The notes under the pieces were generated by a model that saw only the letters and a program-made list of their open reading frames with translations, searched no databases and was not told the origin of the DNA. 11,999 nt of DNA from Octopus sinensis (taxonomy: Eukaryota): positions 1-11,999 of the forward strand of contig NW_021826774.1 in the NCBI RefSeq assembly GCF_006345805.1, read 5' to 3'. Below, one piece after another: positions 1 to 8,420 of the stretch (the stretch's first letter is position 1; the number at the start of each line of letters is the position of its first letter). A program made the position numbers and the translations under genes.

Positions 1-208
1 TTCGCCGATTCGCAGCAGCAAAGCGCCTGAAGGATGATTCTCTCATTGCACCTGGTGTTAAAAAACAAAAAATGGCGAAATATTGGTATCCATCACTCTT
101 CATTGGGATCTGGGGCGAGTTGTCTCGCTTGTCTATGACTTTCAGACTTTTTTAACTCTTAGTGTAAATAGTCGTCCTTCAGGTGCTTTGGGGCAGCGAA
201 CCGGTGAA
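1..208. repeat. Imperfect inverted repeat (foldback/MITE-like); the left arm may extend beyond the window
   Basis: 1-37 TTCGCCGATTCGCAGCAGCAAAGCGCCTGAAGGATGA matches the reverse complement of 172-208 at 30/37 positions. An inner pair GTTAAAAAA (~58-66) / TTTTTTAAC (~148-156) is in the same register. Confidence 0.7.
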
Positions 209-249
209 GAACAAAATGCATACATTGACTATGTGCGGTCGATAATGGG

Positions 250-390
<141 letters not shown>

Positions 391-1240
391 CTAGCTGACG
401 TACCCGGTAATTCCCGGGAAAGTGGGGCTTATCCCTTGGTTCCGTTCTCATAACTGTTTCTCTAATCCAATAACAACAATACAATGTATGTAGCCCTTAA
501 AACGGTTTTTGTGCGTTTACAGAGAATACCGAAATGGCTTACACAGGATCTTGTTTTTAGGAATTCCCAATAAATTAATAATACCCGAATTGTGAAGTCA
601 TTTATGTAATAACATGAAATTAGTTACCCAACAGTATGAATTCAAATAAAGTAGCCCCGAAAAGGGCCTTAATGCGTCCCCAGAGTATATAGAACTTAGA
701 AGGAAATATTAATGAGGTATGTATACTAAAATCGTGAAACATGTTACGTAATAACAGGCTAATCCGGTATGAGATAATAACAATTCAAAGTAAATAACTC
801 TGAAAAGGGCCTTTGTGCGTTCCCGGAGAATATTACTCTCAGGAGCGATAGTGCTGGTATATTTGTAAATAAGTCACTAACCGAAATAAGTTTGATCTAT
901 TGTTTAGGAAAATACTATTTACTTGTTTAAGGGTTGCACTGGATAAATTGCGAAAATAACTCTAACAGTTTAAATACTAAGAAATAAGCATACTCAATTT
1001 GATTTATACAAAATAAATAAGGAAAATGAATGGGTTATTTCCCTTGGCTGTTAAAATATATTAATTATGTATAAGGATCCCTTGCAGGGGCCCTATTATC
1101 GAGAATTTAAGTATGCCATAAGATTTCCAGACAGGAGTTCTACTCACGATTAAATTTCATCAAAATCGATAAAACGATGTAGGAGCAGTTAGTTAACAAC
1201 TTTGCAAACACACCCACAGAATTTCCCACATATGTAGTAT
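391..1240 (-). mobile_element. Non-autonomous Helitron-like (rolling-circle) element, ~850 bp
   Basis: The minus strand ends CCCGG-GAATTA-CCGGG (hairpin, 403-418), 8 nt, CTAG|T (391-394/390), which is the canonical Helitron 3' terminus. Near the other end the minus strand reads ATCGATTTTGATGAAATTT (1152-1170), resembling a motif I recall from the 5' region of animal non-autonomous Helitron/DINE-like elements. The 5' TC is not clearly seen, so the right boundary is approximate. No Rep/helicase ORF. Confidence 0.65.
475..832. repeat. Three degenerate direct repeats (~145-160 bp period) inside the Helitron-like element
   Basis: 54-nt cores at 475-528, 636-689 and 779-832 (e.g. GAAAAGGGCCTT..TGCGT.CCC.GAG.ATA). 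Copies 1 and 2 each match copy 3 at 41/54 by hand alignment. Confidence 0.75.
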
Positions 1241-1349
1241 ATATATATATGCGTCTGTGTGTGTGTGTGTATGTGTGTGTATGTATATACATGACTCCTG
1301 AATGAGATCGGGGGCGAGTTATATATATATATATGTATATAATATATAC

Positions 1350-1713
1350 ACTCTTTTACTCTTTTATTCTTTTCAGTCATTTGACTGCGAGCAACTCGAC
1401 CCCGGGACTTATTCTTTTTGTAAGCCCGGTACTTATCGGTCTCTTTTTGCCAAACCGCTAAGTGACGGGGACGTAAACACACCAGCATCGGTTGTCAAGC
1501 AATGCTAGGGGAACAAACACAGACACACAAACACACGCACCTACACACATATACAGGCTTCTTTCAGTTTCCGTCTACCAAATCCACTCACAAGGCATTG
1601 GTCGGCCCGGGGCTATAGCAGAAGACACTTGCTCAAGATGCCACGCAGTGGGACTGAACCCGGAACATGTGATTGGTTAGCAAGCTACTTACCACACAGC
1701 CACTCCTGCGCCT
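1350..1713 (-). mobile_element. tRNA-derived SINE, octopus family A (OK/OR1/OR2 group; exact family not determined), near full length
   Basis: Minus strand: A-box-like TGGCTGTGTGG (1692-1702), B-box-like GGTTCAGTCCC (1650-1660), a central CA microsatellite, a 3' stem-loop CAGTCA-AA-TGACTG and an (AAAAGAGT)-type tail. A second copy lies at 6944-7203. Confidence 0.85.
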
Positions 1714-1720
1714 ATATATA

Positions 1721-1756
<36 letters not shown>

Positions 1757-1882
1757 AGGTCCCGGGTTGATTCGGGGTTAACCACAGTAAATAAGGTACT
1801 CAATACATAGCAGAGTAAAATAAATTTTACATATATGAAGAGCTTCTACAGGACTAGAACGTTTCATTCAGAGAAATCATCA
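1757..1882 (-). mobile_element. Probable Penelope-like element terminal remnant with a truncated hammerhead-like motif (1843-1882)
   Basis: The minus strand reads TGATGA-T-TTC(TCT)GAA-T-GAAAC...GTA-GAAG. C3 and the 5' strand of stem I are replaced by (TA)n, and stem III is degenerate. Confidence 0.35.
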
Positions 1883-1901
1883 TATATATATATATAATCA
1901 T

Positions 1902-1949
<48 letters not shown>

Positions 1950-2048
1950 TATACATACATTCTTACCTACATACATAAATACATACATATATACATACAT
2001 GATACATACATACATATATACATACATAAATACATAAATACATACATA
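1883..2048. repeat. (TA)n and degenerate (TACA)n microsatellite
   Basis: Directly visible. Confidence 0.95.
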
Positions 2049-2293
2049 CTGGAATATGTAACACACTGCCTAAATATAAATCTTGAGAAACGAGAAAGCT
2101 AATTGGAAGACTACAGATACAATCCATCACTGGAACTGTTAAAATCTGTAAAACTTTCCAGAAGTTTATCATTTAAAGATATATGAGCTTGTCTAGACAT
2201 GCAAGTAATATGCATGAGAATACGTACATAAAACATACAAATCTGCACATACAAACATACATACATACATACATACATACATACATACATACA

Positions 2294-2327
<34 letters not shown>

Positions 2328-2480
2328 CATACATACGCACGTATGTAGTACGTACATACATACATACAAGGAAAAAGACCCTGTTGTTGATATTGAAATT
2401 CCAGTGAAGGAGTATTGGATCTAGATTAGAAACCGGTTCTTTCTCTATCGGAAAGATATCTCGAAATAAACTGAATAATG
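2049..2480 (+). mobile_element. Decayed 3' end of a non-LTR retrotransposon (C-terminal ORF remnant plus 3' UTR), probably a restriction-like-endonuclease clade
   Basis: 2049-2090 reads [14 protein letters not shown]. After a frameshift/deletion, 2087-2176 reads [29 protein letters not shown]. The LQ..SI.GT..I.K.F stop pattern resembles the C-terminus of R4/NeSL-type ORFs (from recall, not searched). A putative UTR interrupted and terminated by (TACA)n follows. Confidence 0.5.
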
Positions 2481-2508
2481 ACATATATACATACATACAT
2501 ACATACTT

Positions 2509-2589
<81 letters not shown>

Positions 2590-2643
2590 CATACATACTT
2601 ACATACACACACACACACACACACACATACATACATACATACA

Positions 2644-2671
<28 letters not shown>
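2481..2671. repeat. Compound (TACA)n/(CA)n microsatellite
   Basis: Directly visible. Confidence 0.97.
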
Positions 2672-2674
<3 letters not shown>

Positions 2675-2972
2675 CTGTATTCTGCGTAAATTTACTTTAC
2701 ATAATGCTGAGAGCCTTTCTCGGAGAATATTTATTTTCAGAGTACCTAACTAATTTGCATAATTACTTCAAGTGTGTATTATTTTCTAATCAGTAACTTT
2801 TACTACTATCTGTCTGTTGCGAGGCTGCATACAATGCTTTTGATGTTCCCATATAGAAATAAAAGGAACAAATTTTAGAAAATGTCACATCGTTGGCCAC
2901 CTTATACATGCATAGATATACATATATTTGCATATATCTATAAGTGTATATGTATGTATGGTATGAAGGATT

Positions 2973-3022
<50 letters not shown>

Positions 3023-3032
3023 ATATGTATAT

Positions 3033-3095
3033 AAATCCTTAAAATCCTTTAAAATGTTTTAGCCCGAAGGCCGCGGCCGTGCTGGGGCACACCGC
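3033..3095 (-). mobile_element. Isolated 3' tail of a LINE/SINE (severely 5'-truncated insertion)
   Basis: Minus strand: GCGGTGTGCCCCAGCACGGCCGC, then hairpin GCC-TTCG-GGC, then AAAACATTTT and (AAGGATTT)2. This resembles the GCGGTGCTCCAGCATGGCC-stemloop-tail ending I recall for octopus SINE/LINE tails. Confidence 0.55.
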
Positions 3096-3102
3096 TATAT
3101 AT

Positions 3103-6100
3103 ATATTATGTATGCATATATTTTTATTTATCTCCTTATTGTCTGACAGCGCCCCGCATCAGGTTCGTTCCGATTCGTCGTTTCGATCCACTTCTTGGTC
3201 CCCTTTTTTTATATTTATATTATTATATTGAAGATGCGGTACTCTCTCCCTTTGCTTTAACCTCTTCAATCTTTCTCCCTCCCCCTCCTCCTCTCTCTTC
3301 GCCGCGTGTCCCCCTCCTCCTTCCCTCTTCCTTGCCTATAAAACAAAATTCCTTTACACGTGGTTCCCACTATTGAAAAGACTGCCTCCACGCGCTGCTA
3401 CTACACTTTCGTCCTTGCCAGCAAAAGGCTTCTTCGTTCGTCCCCTTGTGTGGTTGATTTCCTGTATAGTATTCTTGTTATTTTCTCGTTTTGTAACTAA
3501 TTGTACTTTTTGTACATGTATTTTATTTTTGCAGTTTTATTGTTTGTCTATGCCAGAAAAAAGGCTTTTTCGTTCGTCCTCTTGTGTTTGTTTTTGTACA
3601 TGTATTTTAATTTTGCAGTCTTATTGTTACGTCTTGTCTGTGTTCGTACTCATTGTGCCCCGCTGCTTGAAATTTTATTTTAATTCTCTCGCAGGAAGGC
3701 CTATTGGATTAGTGTTCTGTTATGCCTTCGAAACATGCCTGACTCCTTTAGCGACAGCTGATGACGGGGGTTTTGTCCTTGTGTAGCTCGTCCTGTATTT
3801 GTTTTTCGTTTTCCGTTTTCTTGTTTTTTGTTTTTTGGCTTTTTCCGTTTCTACATCTTATTGTGATGTCCTGTACTCCCGTATAATTATTGATATATGC
3901 ATGTATATATACATGTAGATGTAGGTACGTACATATATGTTTGTATGTATGCATATATTTTTATTTATCTCCTTATTGTCTGACAGCGCCCCGCATCAGG
4001 TTCGTTCCGATTCGTCGTTTCGATCCACTTCTTGGTCCCCTTTTTTTATATTTATATTATTATATTGAAGAGCGGTACTCTCTCCCTTGCTTTAACCTCT
4101 TCAATCTTCTCCCTCCCCCCCTCCTCCTCTCTCTTCGCCGCGTGTCCCCCTCCTCCTTCCCTCTTCCTTGCCTATAAAACAAAATTCCTTTACACGTGGT
4201 TCCCACTATTGAAAAGACTGCCTCCACGCGCTGCTACTACACTTCGTCCTTGCCAGCAAAAGGCTTCTTCGTTCGTCCCCTTGTGTGGTTGATTTCCTGT
4301 ATAGTATTCTTGTTATTTTCTCGTTTTGTAACTAATTGTACTTTTTGTACATGTATTTTTATTTTTGCAGTTTTATTGTTTGTCTATGCCAGAAAAAAAG
4401 GCTTTTTCGTTCGTCCTCTTGTGTTTGTTTTTGTACATGTATTTTAATTTTGCAGTCTTATTGTTACGTCTTGTTTGTGTTCGTACTCATTGTGCCCCGC
4501 TGCTTGAAATTTTATTTTAATTCTCTCGCTCAGGCGGAGCTATTGGATTAGTGGTTCTGTTATGCCTTCGAAACATGCCTGACTCCTTTAGCGACAGCTG
4601 ATGACGGGGGTTTTGTCCTTGTGTAGCTCGTCCTGTATTTGTTTTTCGTTTTCCGTTTTCTTGTTTTTTGTTTTTTGGCTTTTTCCGTTTCTACATCTTA
4701 TTGTGATGTCCTGTACTCCCGTATAATTATTGATATATGCATGTATATATACATGTAGATGTAGGTACGTACATATATGTTTGTATGTATGCATATATTT
4801 TTTATTATCTCCTTATTGTCTGACAGCGCCCCGCATCAGGTTCGTTCCGATTCGTCGTTTCGATCCACTTCTTGGTCCCCTTTTTTTATATTTATATTAT
4901 TATATGAAGATGCGGTACTCTCTCTCCTTTGCTTTAACCTCTTCAATCTTTCTCCTCCCCCCCTCCCTCTTCTCTCTTCTTCGCCGCGTGTCCCCCCTCC
5001 TTCCCTCTTCCTTGCCTATAAAACAAAATTCCTTTACACGTGGTTCCCACTATTGAAAAGACTGCCTCCACGCGCTGCTACTACACTTTCGTCCTTGCCA
5101 GCAAAAGGCTTCTTCGTTCGTCCCCTTGTGTGGTTGATTTCCTGTATAGTATTCTTGTTATTTTCTCGTTTTGTAACTAATTGTACTTTTTGTACATGTA
5201 TTTTTATTTTTGCAGTTTTATTGTTTGTCTATGCCAGAAAAAAGGCTTTTTCGTTCGTCCTCTTGTGTTTGTTTTTGTACATGTATTTTAATTTTGCAGT
5301 CTTATTGTTACGTCTTGTCTGTGTTCGTACTCATTGTGCCCCGCTGCTTGAAATTTTATTTTAATTCTCTCGCAGGAAGGCCTATTGGATTAGTGTTCTG
5401 TTATGCCTTCGAAACATGCCTGACTCCTTTAGCGACAGCTGATGACGGGGGTTTTGTCCTTGTGTAGCTCGTCCTGTCCTGTATTTGTTTTTCGTTTTCC
5501 GTTTTCTTGTTTTTTGTTTTTTGGCTTTTTCCGTTTCTACATCTTATTGTGATGTCCTGTACTCCCGTATAATATTGATATATGCATGTATATATACATG
5601 TAGATGTAGGTACGTACATATATGTTTGTATGTATGCATATATTTTTATTTATCTCCTTATTGTCTGACAGCGCCCCGCATCAGGTTCGTTCCGATTCGT
5701 CGTTTCGATCCACTTCTTGGTCCCCTTTTTTTATATTTATATAGTTATATTGAAGATGCGGTACTCTCTCCCTTTGCTTTAACCTCTTCAATCTTTCTCC
5801 CTCCCCCTCCTCCTCTCTCTTCGCCGCGTGTCCCCCTCCTCCTTCCCTCTTCCTTGCCTATAAAACAAATTCCTTTACACGTGGTTCCCACTATTGAAAA
5901 GACTGCCTCCACGCGCTCTGCTACTACACTTTCGGTCCTTGCAGCAAAAGGCTTCTTCGTTTTCGTCCCCTTGTGTGGTGATTTCCTGTATAGTATATCT
6001 TGTTATTTTCTCGTTTTGTAACTAATGTACTTTTTGTACATGTATTTTTATTTTGCAGTTTTATTGTTTGTCTATGCCAGAAAAAAGGCTTTTTCGTTCG

Positions 6101-6496
6101 TCCTCTTGTGTTTGTTTTTGTACATGTATTTTAATTTTGCAGTCTTATTATTGTACGTCTTGTCTGTGTTCGTACTCATGGTGCCCCGCTGCTTGAAATT
6201 TTATTTTAATTCTCTCGCAGGAAGGCCTATTGGATTAGTGTTCTGTATGCCTTCGAAACATGCCTGACTCCTTTAGCGACAGCTGATGACGGGGGTTTTG
6301 TCCTTGTGTAGCTCGTCCTTGTATTGTTTGTTCGTTTTCCGTTTTCTTGTTTTTTGTTTTTTGGCTTTTTTCCGTTTCTACATCTTATTGTGATGTCCTG
6401 TACTCCCGTATAAATTTGATATATGCTGTATATATACATGTAGATGTAGGTACGTACATATATGTTGTATGTAGGCATATATTTTATTTATCTCCT
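3103..6496. repeat. Head-to-tail tandem array: four ~840-bp units plus ~30-bp terminal redundancy
   Basis: The anchor GTCTGACAGC recurs at 3141, 3978, 4818 and 5663 (periods 837, 840, 845). TATGTA.GCATATATTTT(T)ATTTATCTCCT occurs at both ends (~3107-3136 and ~6468-6496). (TA)n flanks both sides. Confidence 0.97.
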
Positions 6497-6524
6497 AATA
6501 TATAATATATATATATATATATAT

Positions 6525-6710
6525 TTCTCTCCTTTTTTTTCTCTCCATGTTTCTCTCCTTGTTTTTTTCTGTGTATCTTTCCGCCGAAGAGCGTGGGCTC
6601 GAAACATAAAAGACTTTCTCTATTTCTATTCCTGAGCACTATACTAATGCATTTGTTTGTTTGTACTCCACCTGCCTTCGTCTTTTGTTTATTTTCGTAA
6701 ACTTTCCCGT
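6525..6710 (+). mobile_element. Penelope-like non-autonomous remnant: pyrimidine-rich leader, hammerhead-like motif and short tail, between (TA)n tracts
   Basis: Contains the HHR-like motif at 6576-6613 and ends TCCCGT|TATA at a (TA)n tract. Confidence 0.5.
6576..6613 (+). ncRNA. Degenerate minimal type I hammerhead ribozyme
   Basis: Stem I TCTTT/AAAGA; core CCGCCGA (vs CUGANGA) plus an extra A; stem II GAGC-GTGG-GCTC; GAAA-CA-TA (vs palindromic GAAA-CG-UA). Two core mismatches, so probably inactive. Confidence 0.55.
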
Positions 6711-6943
6711 TATATATAATATATAATATATATATATATATATCTAATATATATATTATATAATATATATAACTGATATATTATATATCAAGGACTGTTT
6801 CAATAAGTAAAGCCACACGCTGTTAGGGGACTCTAAAAGTCAAATTCATTTCAGCCATCGATTTTTTCATACATTCAGATTTTACCACAGATCTAAATAC
6901 AACCTAAATCACCACAAAGTACATAGGTAATCTCCAACAACGT

Positions 6944-7203
6944 AACCGCTAAGTTACGGGGACGTAAACACACCAACATCGGGCGTCAAGGTGTCAAGCG
7001 ATGGTGGTGGGACAAACACAGACAGACATACACACACACACACACATATGTGTATATATACGACGGGCTTCTGCTAAATCCACTCACAAGGCTTTGGTCG
7101 GTCCGAGGTTATAGTAGAAAACACCTGCCCAAGTTTCCACGCAGTGGGACTGAACCCGGAACCATGTGGCTGCTAAGCGAGCTACTTACTACACAACCAC
7201 TCT
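6944..7203 (-). mobile_element. Second copy of SINE family A, lacking the 3' tail and carrying an internal deletion
   Basis: Collinear with ~1453-1706; B-box GGTTCAGTCCC at 7146-7156. About 15 nt of the TTCAGTTTCCGTCTAC segment of copy 1 are missing. Confidence 0.85.
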
Positions 7204-8010
7204 TATTAACTTGACCATTATATCTTTTTCAGGTTTACTATTCACTTTTAGTACACCCCCGTACTATTTTTTTTTACTTTGGTGCCTTTCAAACATATCA
7301 CCCCACCTCCCACTTCTCACACATTCCTTCTTTACGTTCTTATCTCTTACTTTTATCTCTCTTCCTATTCTTTTTATCTACTGATAGCTCTCCTGTCCTC
7401 TCCCCTCACAATATCTTGACCACCACCTAGCACTCCTTTTTTCATGTTCTTTTCTGCTTTCTTTCTTTACATTTTTTCGTTCTTTCTTTCTATCTTTCTT
7501 CTTTCCTCGCCTACTCCTTTTCACCAATACCGTTCTCCTCCTAACATACACATGTATTGTCTTCTCTCTATCTACTTACTCCTACCAGTACTTTCTCAAA
7601 ATTTCATTCACACTACAAGACCCCTTTCAATGAACAGCACATGGAATTAATGTCTCCACACTATCCATTTGTGATAATAAAATATGAACTCCTATCGGAA
7701 TTTACATACCACGGGCAAGAAGTCATTTTTCCCATCCTACACAGCACTTTCCTTACATAATGGAACTACAACTGTGACATTCAACATATACTTTTATTCT
7801 CCTATTTCCCTGTATACCTCCTATATCTTCCCTTTTCCAAAATAACCTATATATTGAACTCTACTATTTTCCTCTATTTAACTCTCTCATATCGTCTCGG
7901 ATAAAGAGATAGGCCTCATATCCTTGAAACAGCTGTAAGACTAACTTTCGCTTTAGAAATATCCTAGAAATTTCACACTGCCTGGCTATGTTGTCTCATT
8001 TTATTTAACA
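7204..8010 (+). mobile_element. Probable Penelope-like element remnant (pyrimidine-rich body ending in a hammerhead-like motif and short tail)
   Basis: Strong C/T skew leading into the HHR-like motif at 7894-7941, the same layout as 6525-6710. No RT or GIY-YIG coding remnant recognised; boundaries approximate. Confidence 0.35.
7894..7941 (+). ncRNA. Degenerate minimal type I hammerhead ribozyme
   Basis: Stem I GTCT/AGAC; core CGGATAA (U4G, G8A); stem II AGAGATA/TATCCTT (6 of 7 paired including one G-U); GAAA-CAGCTG-TA with palindrome ACAGCTGT; GUA triplet. Confidence 0.65.
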
Positions 8011-8327
8011 TATACATACTCAAACACGACCTACATTAGACTCCTTACTCATACTATTATCGAATCAGGAGTCTAACTACGGTACTTCCATAACGCTTAC
8101 ACAGACTTACCTGCCATCGTGGATCATCTGGACGCCAGAACCTCTCATATGTGTGTGAAAAAGTTAAAACAACGCATAATATATATATAAGAACAAATAA
8201 AAGGAAAGCATACTCAGGTTACCAAATGCTCGTCAGTTATCGTCCAAAGGATCAACGTAATTTCGCTCCGTGTATTTTTATTTAATGCAACGCTGCGGAC
8301 CGTCTCTTATTTTATTTACAATGCCTA

Positions 8328-8345
8328 TACACACACACACACACA

Positions 8346-8382
<37 letters not shown>
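8328..8382. repeat. (CA)n(TA)n microsatellite
   Basis: Directly visible. Confidence 0.95.
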
Positions 8383-8383
<1 letters not shown>

Positions 8384-8420
8384 GAAAGAAGGTTTGAAAA
8401 TGCAATTTTAAAGATGTTTA

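Noticed and set aside
708-750. Hammerhead around GAAACATGTT
   Set aside because: No CUGANGA-like core or stem II adjacent; the motif lies within the Helitron internal repeats.
2401-2445. Hammerhead around GAAACCGGTT
   Set aside because: The palindromic stem III is present, but the best core CCAGTGA has three mismatches and stems I and II do not abut the core.
2790-2915. Minus-strand exon (VANDVTFSKICSFYFYMG...) and nearby ATTTGCAT octamers
   Set aside because: No convincing splice sites or recognisable peptide, and octamers are expected by chance in AT-rich DNA.
3103-6496. Tandem array as CRISPR, a tandem LTR, or a tRNA/snoRNA gene cluster
   Set aside because: No unique spacers, no clear TG...CA termini with PBS/PPT, and no cloverleaf around GGTTCGTTCC. 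CTGATGA lacks a suitably placed D box with a terminal stem.
8201-8275. Type II hammerhead on the minus strand (GAAA...AUC...CUGACGA)
   Set aside because: Core words and a 4-bp stem III are present, but stem I does not form and stem II has only 2 contiguous pairs; likely chance.
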